A DNA stretch of 63,516 bases, the filler included, from Octopus bimaculoides (taxonomy: Eukaryota), in NCBI RefSeq assembly GCF_001194135.2. It is 7 parts of 7 records of this genome, joined end to end, with 100 filler letters (N's around TTAATTAATTAA, not from the genome) between each part and the next. Parts side by side here need not be neighbours in the genome. Positions count along the whole stretch, not along the records: positions 45,455 to 55,327 come from NC_069002.1; positions 55,428 to 59,379 come from NC_068983.1; positions 59,480 to 61,489 come from NC_068999.1; positions 61,590 to 63,516 come from NC_069009.1; 3 more parts are not named here. One strand, written 5' to 3'. The notes under the pieces were generated by a model. That model was not told where the DNA came from and made no database searches. It was given only the letters and a program-made list of their open reading frames with translations. Position 1 is the first letter of the stretch. Each line of letters begins with the position of its first letter. Position numbers and translations under genes: made by a program. This document shows, piece by piece, positions 50,756-63,460 of the stretch.

Positions 50756-51487
50756 TATAAGCAGAGTGGCGCAAAAGTCGTGCTCCAATAAACCAACACT
50801 TTGCCATAACAACTTCTTATTCGTTGTTTTGTAAGTAAATGTGATAAATGTTTATAAAATGTGTATGTGTGTGTTTCGCTCCAGTGCCAAAAAGTGTGAA
50901 GACGAGCTAAATGTCCTGTCAGTTGCGCCATATCGTAAGCGCCCAAGCAGCTGCGCCCAATAGTCTCACTTTGCAGTTTTTCTGTCCACGGAGAGATGAC
51001 ATTGCAATGGAATAACCACTCTTCTTAACTTTGTAGAACATCTTTATCCAAAGAAGATATGTTACTTCGCGTCTCAAATTAACAAGAAAAAACCTAAAAG
51101 ACAACAAAACAAAAAACGACTAAAACAGAAAAAAAAACAACAACAAAATACCTTGATGTTTAGTTCCTTATTAGTTAATTAAAAGCGCGCGCACACACAC
51201 AGAGACATGCGCAGAGATGCATATTTTAATGTTTATGTATTCATGTGTGTATGGGTGCGCGCGTGTGTTTGTGTGTTTATATGAATGCATAAACATATAA
51301 ATATACATGCACACATACATATATATACACGCACGCACAGACACACACGCATATAAGTAAATATGTAACAAATTCACACATTCATACATGCGTATATATA
51401 TATACATACAGAAATAAACACACAAATATTTAAGAGTACATAAACATTGTCTGTGTATACATATACATACATACATATCTATATATG

Positions 51488-51563
<76 letters not shown>

Positions 51564-52120
51564 CGTCATACACACATATGTGCACACGCATAGACACGCA
51601 TGCGCACATACTCACTGAAGCGCTCATATACGTATCAATAAACGGAGATAAACATCTCCAGTGTAGTTATATACACACGCGGAGCTCAGTTTTCTATAGA
51701 ACCATGTCAGAGAACGGAATTTCTTCGTAGATTTTGAACAATATATTAATTTCGCACTTCCTCTCTTGAAATATGTTTCATGATCTGGTTAAGAAATATA
51801 ACATTATGGGGTATGTTTGAATGTTGATGTGTTTCTGTTTGTTTTTTATATACACACCGTGGGTTTTCTATAAACGAACGAACGAACACAAACACAGGCA
51901 CACACATACGCCCACATGCACACACACGTGCACACACACATGCACACGCACATTTATGTACGCATATACGCTTAAGCGCATACAGTCACACGCATATACA
52001 AACGTGCAAGCAGACATACAACATCTACATAAAGTCGTACGAAAACATACAGACAGATTGCAATCATTGAGAAATATAGGACCACACACAAACACACGCA
52101 CACGCATTCACACACACACA

Positions 52121-52193
<73 letters not shown>

Positions 52194-52470
52194 GTATTGA
52201 GATACGTGCTCAAATGTATATTTATAATATCGTACAAATTTATGGACGTGCGTGTGTGTACGAGTCCATATATATGTATTTATAAATATATACATACAAC
52301 TATACAGATATATATTTGTGTACATCTATATGCATATAAATATACATATACATACATATATGTGTATGAGTATATATACATAGATACTTACATACGCTCA
52401 GGCATAAACGTAACTGTATTTGTAGATCTATATATTCATGATAACACATACACACACGATAACACACACG

Positions 52471-52521
<51 letters not shown>

Positions 52522-53200
52522 NNNNNNNNNNNNNNNNNNNNNNNNNNNNNNNNNNNNNNNNNNNNNNNNNNNNNNNNNNNNNNNNNNNNNNNNNNNNNNN
52601 NNNNNNNNNNNNNNNNNNNNNNNNNNNNNNNNNNNNNNNNNNNNNNNNNNNNNNNNNNNNNNNNNNNNNNNNNNNNNNNNNNNNNNNNNNNNNNNNNNNN
52701 NNNNNNNNNNNNNNNNNNNNNNNNNNNNNNNNNNNNNNNNNNNNNNNNNNNNNNNNNNNNNNNNNNNNNNNNNNNNNNNNNNNNNNNNNNNNNNNNNNNN
52801 NNNNNNNNNNNNNNNNNNNNNNNNNNNNNNNNNNNNNNNNNNNNNNNNNNNNNNNNNNNNNNNNNNNNNNNNNNNNNNNNNNNNNNNNNNNNNNNNNNNN
52901 NNNNNNNNNNNNNNNNNNNNNNNNNNNNNNNNNNNNNNNNNNNNNNNNNNNNNNNNNNNNNNNNNNNNNNNNNNNNNNNNNNNNNNNNNNNNNNNNNNNN
53001 NNNNNNNNNNNNNNNNNNNNNNNNNNNNNNNNNNNNNNNNNNNNNNNNNNNNNNNNNNNNNNNNNNNNNNNNNNNNNNNNNNNNNNNNNNNNNNNNNNNN
53101 NNNNNNNNNNNNNNATATATATATATATATATATATAATATATTATAATATAATATATCTATGATATATATTATATATCATATATATTATATATATAATG

Positions 53201-53233
<33 letters not shown>

Positions 53234-53321
53234 ATATGTCTGTGTATATATGTATCTATAGATATGTATATATTTATATATATGTATATATAAATCAATG
53301 TGTGCGTGTTTGTGTGTGTTT

Positions 53322-53355
<34 letters not shown>

Positions 53356-53544
53356 ATACAAGAATTAAATATAGAAATAACACTAATCCAATTACGCAAT
53401 GTAATTTGCGTTAAGTACTGCAATGTATACGTATACGTACGTATGTATGTATGTATGTATGACTTATGTATGTGTGAATATCTATGAATACACACACACA
53501 CACGCATACACACACATACACACATACACACACATATATATATA

Positions 53545-53760
53545 TAAGACCGTGGCCATGCTGGGGTACCACCAGTGTAAGAACTTTTCAATGACCATTC
53601 CAATGCCATTGGCTTTCGGTGGCGGAGGAAGTTTGACACAACTGCTCTCTTTTGATGTAGGTTCATCTGCGTCCTTGGACAGCAAGAGGCCAAGTTGTTT
53701 CTTGTATATTCGTGTATTTAATAAGCATAAACACATATTTAGTCTCGCAATGAAATTAAC
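53545..53760 (-). mobile_element. CR1 3'-end fragment with tail
   Basis: KQLGLLLSKDADEPTSKE; tail GGTGGTACCCCAGCATGGCCACGGTC. A second similar fragment lies at 54395-54515. Confidence 0.65.
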
Positions 53761-53964
53761 CTCCACGTTTAAACAACGGCCTGTTTCCTCGGCAGCCTGA
53801 AGTTAATTACATATGAAACCGATAAATAATTCCTTTCAATAAAGAGTCATCAGGGATCGTTCAGCTCCATCTTCTCAGCCATCACACTTAAAGACGTGAA
53901 GTTAGTCATAGAAAATGTAAACGAATGGAGTCGTACTAAAATTTATATTCTTTTATTCTTGTAT

Positions 53965-54393
53965 TCTTGCATTCTTTTATTTGTTTCAGTGATTTGACTG
54001 CGGCCATGCTAGAGCAACACCTTGAACTGTTTAGTCGAATGAATCGTCCCCAGTATTTATTTTTAAAGCCTGGGTACTTATTCTCTCCCTCTCTTTTGCC
54101 GAACCTCTAAGTTACGGGAATGTAAACACACCAACACCGGTTGTCCGTTGGTGACGGGGGTGGGGGGCTAACAAACACAGACACAAAGACACTCCTAAGC
54201 ATATATATGTATATATATATATATATTCATATATATACAATAGGCTTCTTTCAGTTTCCGTCTACTTAATCCGTCTCACAAGACTTTGGTTGGCCCGAGG
54301 CAATAATAGAAGATACTTGCCCAAGGTGCCACAAAGCGGGAGTGAACTAGGAACAATGTAGTTGAGAAGTAAGCTCCTTACCACACAGCCACG
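53965..54393 (-). mobile_element. SINE family A (full length)
   Basis: Tail through head ..TTACCACACAGCCAC. Confidence 0.85.
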
Positions 54394-54562
54394 CTTCTGC
54401 AGCCGTGATGTAGGTTCATCTAGGTCCTTGGACAGGAAGGGGCCAAGTTGTTTCTTGTATATTTATGTGTTTAATAAGCACAGACATATATTTTGTCTCG
54501 CACTGAAATTTACGCCTGTAAAGGTTTGTTATATCTGTATTCCCTCCAACACCCACTGAGCG

Positions 54563-54640
54563 TTTTATCATTTGCATGATCGTCAATCTTTTATCATTTG
54601 CATGACCGTCAATCTTTTATCATTTGCATGATCTTCAATC
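54563..54640. repeat. 26-bp minisatellite x3
   Basis: TTTTATCATTTGCATGA(T/C)C(G/T)TCAATC at 54563, 54589 and 54615. Confidence 0.95.
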
Positions 54641-54644
54641 TTCT

Positions 54645-54807
54645 ATCTTTTACTTGTTTTAGCCATGTAACTGCGGTCAAGTTGGGGGCAAAGCCTTGAA
54701 GAGTTGTAGTCGAATTTGTCTGATGCTTATTTTATCGTCCCCTTTTGCCGTGCCGTTAAGTTACGAGGACGCAAGTAAACCAGCACCGGCTGTGGCTCCT
54801 GCTGCGG

Positions 54808-54865
<58 letters not shown>

Positions 54866-54919
54866 TGCTACTGCTACTGCTACTGCTGCCCGTTCTCCTC
54901 CTCCTCCTCCTCCTCCTCG

Positions 54920-54999
<80 letters not shown>

Positions 55000-55210
55000 T
55001 CTTCACTAACATCGTAGCTACCACAATTAATTCGATTAACTACAACACTAAAAACACCACCACCATCACCACCACCACCACCACCAACAGTACTATCATT
55101 AGGTTGTGCCACCTCTACAAACAACAAAAACAGCATCCACAACAACAGGAAATACAATAATAACAAAAACAACAACGAAGTCAATAACAAAAGCAACAAC
55201 AACAACAATT
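54645..55210 (-). repeat. SINE A tail (54645-54800) running into a long CTA/CTC/CAC/AAC trinucleotide array
   Basis: SINE homology stops at GTAAACCAGCACCGG, where the array begins. Confidence 0.8.
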
Positions 55211-55427
55211 AGAAAAGCAAAAAAAAAAAGGCAACAAAAGCTCGTCTGATCCCCTCTTCCTTCCTCTCTTCTCTGTATCTCCCTCTCATCTCCTCTTCTC
55301 CACCCCTTCCCCTCCTCATCTTCCATCNNNNNNNNNNNNNNNNNNNNNNNNNNNNNNNNNNNNNNNNNNNNTTAATTAATTAANNNNNNNNNNNNNNNNN
55401 NNNNNNNNNNNNNNNNNNNNNNNNNNN

Positions 55428-55472
<45 letters not shown>

Positions 55473-56194
55473 TAGTAGAGTTAGCGGTTGGAATAACCGT
55501 CTAAGGGATATGAATATCCGTTTTACTACCGGTATAAATTACCTATGTTAACCCTGGGCATATATGTATATGTACATGCATATGTATGTATGTATGTATG
55601 TGTGTGTACACGTGCGCGCATGTATATATATATATATCTATGTATTTGTGTGTGTGTGCGTGCATATGCGCGCGTGGAATCATAATTTGGGTAAAAGGTC
55701 TGCCTGTTTCGACGTATGGATACTCTTTTTGTTTCTTTGTTTATTGATTAGAAGTTTTCTTGGAAGTAAAGTGCCAGTTTTTAACAAAGAAACAAAGCCC
55801 CACCACTGGAATTCGAATAGCAACAGCAATGTTACATAATGAAATTTAGAGAAGTGTCGTATATTTTTACTGTTCTGCTTATAGATTGTATTTGTAAAGA
55901 TCATGTTAACTGGTCTCTTCCTGAAAACTCAAACATTTTCAAATTATCACTTAGGCATTCATCAACATAACCAAATGCATAAGTAATTATTTGTATCAAT
56001 GTGAATTTATAATCAACGTGGAGGATCTGCAGGTTTCGAAGCAGTTGTACAGAAATATTCTCCTCGCTGATTTTTGAAGAGATGTTCCTATGACTAAATC
56101 ATTTGTCTTTTATTGTCCCATTTGCATTTAGTAAAAGCTTTGCTGGGAATGTTTCATCAATATTTCTTGTTTTTTTTTATATATATCTTTTATT

Positions 56195-56520
56195 TTTACT
56201 CTTTTCAACCATTAAACTGCGGACACGCTGGGGGCACCGCCTTCAAGAACTTTAGTCGAACGAATCAACCCCAGTACTTAATCTTTTAAAGCCTGGTACT
56301 TATATTATCGGTCTTTTTTGCTGAACCGATATGTTACGGGGACGTAAACACACAAACATCAGTTTTCAAGCGGTGGTGGGTGACAAACACAAATACAAAG
56401 ACCCACATACATACGCACACACGCACGCACATATTTATATGACGTATTTCTTCCAGTTTCCGTCAATCAAATCCTCTCACAAGGCTTTGGTTAGCCCGAG
56501 GCTATAGTAGAAGCCATAGC
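56195..56520 (-). mobile_element. SINE family A (head missing)
   Basis: CTGCGG.CA.GCTGGGGGCACCGCCTT..CAAGGCTTTGGT..CCCGAGGCTATAGTAGAAG. Confidence 0.85.
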
Positions 56521-56859
56521 AAAGCCGTTGTTTATATTTGTGCCGGGGCAGTATTTTCTGCGAATGGCTTCGTATATTGTTTTAGCAACAACATCTTGTT
56601 GCAATGAGAATTAGTAGATCGATGATATTTTTGAGCAGCTGCTGATTACACGTGTTATGTTCGCTATAAAAGAGTTACATAATCGGCATATATGGTTGCA
56701 ATCTGGGAGTTTTAGGGCTTCTTTGGCTCGTTTGTTCGTTAACTTATTTGAAGTTATCTTCTGTTCTTAAATTGCATAAGCGAGGCCTTGAAGATATAAC
56801 GTGATGTAATGATTACGACCTCAAGGGAGGCTACATTTCATGTTAATATTATCCTTCTG

Positions 56860-57490
56860 TTAGCGGAATTTCGTACGTTTTTACGTTCTGAGTTCAAATT
56901 CCTCCGGGGTCCACTTTACCTTTCATCCGTTAGGGGTCGATAGAATAAGTACTAGTTGAGTACTGGGGTCGATGTAATCGACTTACCCCTTCACCCGAAG
57001 TTGTTGTCCTTGTGCTAAAATTTGAAATCAATACTATCATCCCCTTAAGGCAACGAGCTGGTTGAATTGTTAGCATGCCGGGCAAAATCCTTAGCAGTAT
57101 TTGGCCCGTCTTTACGTTCTGAGTTCAAATTCCGCCGAGGTCGACTTTGCCATTTATCCCTTCGGGGTTGATAAAATAAGTACCAGTCAAGTACTGAATC
57201 GATGTAGTTGATTATACTACCCACCCCCGAAATTTCTGGCCTTGTGCCAAAATTTGAAACCAATATTATCACTTTCTTTTAAGGCGGCGAGCGGGCAGAA
57301 TCATTGACACGTTGGATAAAATGCTCAGTGGCATTTCTTCCAACTCATTACTTTCTAAGATCAAATTCTGCTGAGGTCGAATTTACCTTTCATCGTTTTG
57401 GGATCGATAAAATAAGTACCAGTCAAGTGGAATGTAATCGGGTGCAGGGGGTGGGGGTGGATGTGATCGACCTTCCCGAATTTAGAAAAT
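56860..57490 (+). mobile_element. Three head-to-tail SINE family B copies
   Basis: Units start at ~56860, ~57045 and ~57280, each with GTTCTGAGTTCAAATTC or a variant and the Nin-like domain. Confidence 0.85.
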
Positions 57491-57499
57491 TATCCTGCT

Positions 57500-58790
57500 A
57501 AATAATATACCCATGCATAACCCTTTTGTGGTATGCAGAGTGTTCCTCTTCCCTGTCTTTGCCGAACTATGCTTATCCTGCACTTCTGGGTTCCCATGGC
57601 TAGTCATCAGGAGTGAGTGCTTCTTGCGTAGTTCATGACCAAACTTCATTTTTTTAGCTCTTGGTAGATGTATTTATCTTTACTGCCACTGCTTAACAGA
57701 TGCTATCGGAGTGATACTGTACATCACTCAGTGGCTTTTTGCGCTGATCTTACGCTTTTTCCATTATTTTTGTCTAAAATAGAGACAGTTAGTATTACTG
57801 TTTCTACTGAAGTTTGTAACTGACGTCAGCATCTTGCAGGTTTTAATGGTTATGGTGCGGATTTCCTCTATAGATCACTCAAGTACCCCAAATGTTGGTA
57901 TCAGTACTGGTACTGAAAGTGCATGCTGGGATATTGTCTTGTAAGAAGAAAGATCTAATTACCATATCTTTTATTAACCTTGTATAATATTGTTTAGTTT
58001 CTTTATTTTGTTCACAGTAACCTTGTATGATGTATTTGAAGCACTCATTGTTTGGAAAAAAAGGATATAGAAAGACTATCTATGCAAATAGTTTGGGTTT
58101 GGGGAATAGATTTTCTACGTTCAATTGTTAAATACGAGCATTTATTTTGGCCAAACATCACCTCTACATCAGCGGAAAATGTAATTTAATCCAGCTGTTC
58201 CTCAGCAGTGTAAATACTTTGAACACAGATCTTTAGATTGTTCACAAAGACTATAGGTAACATTAGTGTCTCTTGCTGTTGTACATCATAACACATAACC
58301 AGTAGATCTTAATAAAAGAAATAGCAGTAGATTTGGGGACAAAATTAAACTGAAGCACACAAACAGACTGCCGTTTTGGAATATTCTCTTTGAAATATAA
58401 CACAGGAGACAATCATTCCACTTTCGATTAAACATGTAAGGATTGGAGGCCAAGTTTCGTGAGCCTTTGAATGGTAGCAACTGATGCTGCAGCCAATTGT
58501 AGAGATTTCAATTGCCTTGCATGAGGAATAGAATCAAATGCCTTTTTGTAATAAAGCAATATAAGTACAACGTTTCTGCGGTGATTTAAAAGAAATTTCT
58601 GGCAGCACATCTTTACCAAAAGTTATTCGACACATCCACACACTCTTTTCTTTCAGTCTCCTCATTAGTAACTATATAGTTACACTGGCAATTATCTCTG
58701 AGGAATTGATTTAGGTAGCTTGTGTACAGTCGTACATAATGTTAAGGGAAACTATCGGCCGATAGTTCTCTAATTTCATTCTTGGCTACA
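57500..58790 (-). mobile_element. R4/Dong-like non-LTR RT fragment
   Basis: NYRPI; YKKAFDSIPH; KRIFQ.GSL; LFVNNLK (YxDD position degenerate); SVPVLIPTFGVLE*SIEEIRTITIKTCKMLT..NSNTNCLYF. Confidence 0.75.
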
Positions 58791-58807
58791 AGATTTGTTT
58801 GTACTAT

Positions 58808-58985
58808 GCATGCATACATGCATGTATGTATGTATGTATGTATGTATGTATGTATGTATGTATGTATGTATGTATGTATGTATGTATGTCATTATTCAAT
58901 TTTATTTCAAGATGCCTTGCCAATAGAGAAAAAACCGGTTTCTAACCTAGATCCAAGGTTCCTTCATTGGAATTTCCTTCATTGT
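58808..58985 (-). mobile_element. Retroelement 3' tail ending in (CATA)n
   Basis: A unique segment abuts an (ATGT)n run; family not assigned. Confidence 0.45.
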
Positions 58986-59479
58986 TATGTGCGTGTATAA
59001 GAAAATAAAAACATCTAAAAGCATCTTTAGTGTTCATATTAATCTGTCAAATGTAATGCTTATTTGTTCACGTTATTTTGAATTATTCAGGTTCAGGAGG
59101 AGTGTCCACAATATTTGCTTGTAACTTTGTAAATTTTTTACATACAGATTTGAAATGTTGTCAGTAGGTACTTTATATACCACTGGTTTATAGTTATGTA
59201 ATTTTAGCTGATCTTGCTGAGTAAATTTAACTTTTATGGGCAGGTAAATTTAATTAACAGGTGTAAAAGCAATAATATTATGGATAAACACTAAAATTGA
59301 AATTCTTAATGCATCTTACCTGTATGATTTGTTACTAAAATTATCCCAGATGGCAACCGACAAAAATTTTGCCACTTTTNNNNNNNNNNNNNNNNNNNNN
59401 NNNNNNNNNNNNNNNNNNNNNNNTTAATTAATTAANNNNNNNNNNNNNNNNNNNNNNNNNNNNNNNNNNNNNNNNNNNN

Positions 59480-59535
<56 letters not shown>

Positions 59536-59700
59536 GTGGGTACAGGACATCAAAAAACGTAGACGCAATGAGAAAACGAAAACGTAAAAACAAAAACATA
59601 GAAAGCGAACTTTTTTCAAACAAAGAAAAAAGCTTATATATATTATATGTATACATTTACACACACACAGAAACAAAATACATGTTCATATAGATATATA

Positions 59701-60080
59701 CAAGGTGCGATGGGTAAATTGTCGCCAATTTATATTTTTAATTTCATGCATGCGCAGTGCTTGTTTTTCATTTTGTCAACTGCACAGTATAGTAAGGTCA
59801 GTTGGACACTGTCAATGAGAAAAACAGCACCAAGACACAATTCACTCTGTCAGAAATTTGAAAACAATATGCTGTACTGCTTGGCATTCATGCTGAAAGC
59901 TCCAATATGTGCTGAGGCCGGAAATAACTCTTGCAGTTAATAATGTTCTCGCTGCAGAAATTTATTAACTGCAGAGTTATTTCCAGCCTCAGTGTGCCAG
60001 ATTGAGGACATTTGAAAAGATACACTGAATGTAATTTGCAAAACTTTACACGTGCTCCCTTTCGGGTGAACGTTCTGTGT
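59701..60080 (+). mobile_element. Tc1/mariner 5' fragment carrying an internal hairpin insert
   Basis: TA + CAAGGTGCGATGGGTAAATTGTCGCC terminus; ..AVLLGIHAESSN..LRTFEKI resembles a transposase HTH start. Confidence 0.55.
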
Positions 60081-60284
60081 CTAGTTCTGGAAATTATATT
60101 TTATAAATCGACAGACTACGCTGATGATCCTGCAGATATGTGCTTGTGTAAATATTAACAGGTGAAACCATTGGTACGTAGGTTAATCGTTTTTTTTATT
60201 TCGTATATTTTCATTTGTCTTGCCCTTTTACAGTCTGGTGCCTCGCTGAAATTTTTTTCTTGAGAGCATATTCTTCGTGGTTAG

Positions 60285-60478
60285 GTGATAACAGCACCAT
60301 CCGAGCGAGATCACTGCCAGAGCAGCTAAAGCACCATTTGAGTGTGATCGTTACCAGCGTCGCCTTACTGGCACTTATACCAATGGCACGTGAACAAAAC
60401 ATTCGTGCGAGGCCATTGCCAGTACCGCCAGACAAGCCCTCGTGCCGGTGACATGTAAAAGCACCCACTACACTCTCA
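60285..60478 (+). mobile_element. SINE family E fragment (internally repetitive; OR1-like); its tail also appears antisense at ~61440-61489
   Basis: GCACCATCCGAGCG..GATCGTTACCAG..GGCACGT..AAAGCACCCACTACACTCTC. Confidence 0.6.
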
Positions 60479-60946
60479 GCTACTGGGAAAGGCTGAAACA
60501 GCTAAGACTCTACTCACTGGAGTGAAGGCAGGAGAGGAGTACAGTAATATACATTTGGAAGATGCTGGAAGGAATTGTGCCAAATTTTGGCATTGACAGC
60601 TACACAAATGCCAGAACGGGTTGACACTGCACAGTGGCAAAGATCCCAGCAATGCCATCGCACTTCAGAACCAGTTATTGCAACAGCCTGAATTTCAGGG
60701 GCCCCACAGCTTTTTAATATTCTCCACAAAGTAGATGTAGGTGTTTTCAAATCAAAACTGGTCCTCTTCCTGTCGAGAATCCCAGATGAACCTACCTCAC
60801 AGCAAGAGGTGCAAATGAGGGTAGCAACATCAAACTCCCTTATTTACCAAATGCCATATATTAGAGGAGGTTCTCAATAACAGTGTAGCAAAACGGCGGT
60901 GCCCCAGCATGGCCACAGCTCCAAGCTGAAACTATAAAAAAAAAAA
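60478..60946 (+). mobile_element. CR1 LINE 3' end with 3' UTR and poly(A)
   Basis: YWERLKQLRLYSLE..IYIWKMLEGIVPNFGI..CNSLNFRGPQLFNIL..FKSKLVLFLSRIPDEPTS; tail 60895-60932 followed by an A run. Confidence 0.9.
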
Positions 60947-61589
60947 CGATATATATATATGTTCATATAATGATATCTCCACAATGTATTGGTGAGATAA
61001 AACATGTAATTGTTACCAAAATAGCAACAATTCGTCCGCAAAGGTCTATAGTAGACTCCTTATGGATCGCTCTCCTTGGTTATATATCAAAAATTTAAAT
61101 AAGAGTTTTGACGCTAATATCCATTTATATTGAAGTTTATTACCTATGCCAACATTTCTGTATAAGGTTATATTCAACTCTCAATTCAAGTTAAATAAGT
61201 AAATTACCTTACACATCTTCAGGGTAAAAAGTAAAAAGTAAACACCAAAAAAAATTTATAATCTCTAAGTCTGATTCATATTCAAATTCTTCCTTATATA
61301 AAAGTCCGTCTAAGGGAGAAAACCCTCATAATATTATAAATTATAAACAATCAAGTATTACAAATTATTGATTCCTGGTAATAAATTCTAAACTAATGGA
61401 AATCTATACTATATTATCTCTAGAAACTTTAGTAAATCATCATCATCATCATCATCATCGTTTAACGTCTGCCTTCCATGCTAGCATGGNNNNNNNNNNN
61501 NNNNNNNNNNNNNNNNNNNNNNNNNNNNNNNNNTTAATTAATTAANNNNNNNNNNNNNNNNNNNNNNNNNNNNNNNNNNNNNNNNNNNN

Positions 61590-61920
61590 AACTAGCATTG
61601 TCACCTCAACCACCACTGCTACCATCACCACTACCACCACCACAATAGCCACCATCACCACTACAACCACCACCACAACCACCATCACCATAACCACCAC
61701 CACTACAACCACCACCACAACCACCATCACCATAACCACAAACACTACCACTATGATCACAACCATCACCACCACCAATGCCACCACAGTTAATACCACT
61801 ATCCACCTCCACCCCAGCACTTCCACCATGACCACCACTACTGTAATAACCTCTCCAATAACTTCCACCACCAGTATAACTGCCACTACCACCATAACTA
61901 TCACCACCACCACCATCTCA
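61590..61920. repeat. Degenerate (ACC/ACT/ATC)n low-complexity tract
   Basis: Direct observation. Confidence 0.85.
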
Positions 61921-62139
61921 ACAATATTCTACAACAAAGTTACATGGCCCTCCTAGTAATGGTAACAGAATTAACCTCAAATTACAAGTCACATTAGATA
62001 ATGTAATCCAAAGTACATTATGCCATAGGATGCCAATGCAACCATGAGCTCTATAGTTCAGTGAGTGATCTTCTACATGGTCGCTAGAAATAGCAGCCAA
62101 AGCTTCCACAAATAGCACCATGAGGATAATGGATAAAGA

Positions 62140-62355
62140 TCTTCCTGAGTCATATAGACTCAAAAGGCCAGTTTTCTGGATCCCCCCCCCCCCNNNNNNN
62201 NNNCCCCACACACACACACTGGACGGGATACTGATCCATCTTAGGAACACTCATTTTTGCCAGCCCAGTGAACTGGAGTAATGTGAAACAAAATGATTTT
62301 GCTAAAGATTGTAACACACTGCCTAGTTCAAGAATTGAAACCACAATCATGAGTC
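62140..62355 (-). mobile_element. SINE family D
   Basis: Antisense to the 31043 copy: CTGGACGGGATAC..TTTTTGCCAGC..GTGAACTGGAG..GAAACCACAATCATGAG. Confidence 0.6.
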
Positions 62356-62477
62356 TGACACTCTAAACAGTAAACCACATGCCTCTTCTAATAACACCAT
62401 AAATACTATTTTAAAAGGACAGAGCCCCAGCATGGCTGCAGTCTAATGGCTGAAGCAAGTATAAAATATATCTTATA

Positions 62478-62635
62478 CATGCATGGCTGTGTGGTAAGAA
62501 GCTTGCTTCCCAACCACATGGTTCTGGGTTCAGTCCCACTGTGTGGCACCTTGGGCAAGTGTCTTCTACTACAGTCTCAGGCCGACCAAAGCCTTGTGAG
62601 CAGATTTGGTAGATGGAAACTGAAAGAAGCCTAGC

Positions 62636-62667
<32 letters not shown>

Positions 62668-62875
62668 TTGTTCCCCCGTCATCAGTTGACAACCAGTTTC
62701 GGTGTGTTTACATACCCGTAACTTAGTGGTTCAGCAAAAGAGACCAATAGAATAAGTACTAGGGTTAAAAAAAATAACTCTTGGGATCAACTTCTTCTAC
62801 TAAAACCCCTTTAAGGTGGTGCTCCAGCATGACCACAGTCAAATAACTGAAACAAGTAAAAGAATAAAAGAATAT
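62478..62875 (+). mobile_element. SINE family A (full length)
   Basis: GCATGGCTGTGTGGTAAGAAGCTTGCTTCCCAACCACATGG.. to GACTGAAACAAGTAAAAGAATAAAAG. Confidence 0.9.
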
Positions 62876-63084
62876 ATATATGAATATCAATATTTATATA
62901 TCTTTCATTGTTGTATTTTGGGAAGATCTCTTTTTTTTTTGCCAAATAAACACACACACTGGGATATATTCATTCTTCACTCGTTTATTACTCTTCTTAT
63001 TTTAACTCATGTTTATTGTCGAGACATCTTTCATCACACACCACCAACCTCTTCAGCAACACTTTCTGTCCTTGCGTATATATC

Positions 63085-63459
63085 TTTTACCTTTTACTTA
63101 TTTCAGTCATTTGACTGTGGCCATGCTGGTGTACTATCTGGAAGAATTTAGTGGAACAAATTCACCCCAGTTCTTTTTTTTTTTTTTGTTATAGTCTTGT
63201 TCTATCAGTCTCTTTTGCCAAATCACTAAGTTACTGAGATGTAAACAAACCACCATCAGTAGTCAGTCAGTGATGGGGGACAAACACAGGCACAAAAACA
63301 CACACACAGAGGCTTCTTTCAGTTTCTGTTTACCAATCCACTCACAAGGCTTTGCTTAACCTGATGCTATAGTAAAAACACTTTCCCAAGGTGTCACACA
63401 GTGGGACTGAACCTGAAACCATGTGGTTGGGAAGGAAAGTTCTTAAAACACAGCCACAC

Positions 63460-63460
<1 letters not shown>
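63085..63460 (-). mobile_element. SINE family A (full length)
   Basis: Antisense copy ending ..AAACACAGCCACACC. Confidence 0.85.

Noticed and set aside
24845-53164. Long ORFs of 150-430 aa in the track (X-, IY-, CV- and HT-rich)
   Set aside because: They consist of N gaps and dinucleotide repeats.
54696-55160. Thr/Pro-rich mucin-like ORF (similar one at 61753-61956)
   Set aside because: Begins in a SINE tail and consists of CTA/CAC repeats.
58750-58767. Perfect 18-bp palindrome AACTATCGGCCGATAGTT
   Set aside because: Coincides with the codons for the RT motif NYRPI; explained by coding sequence.
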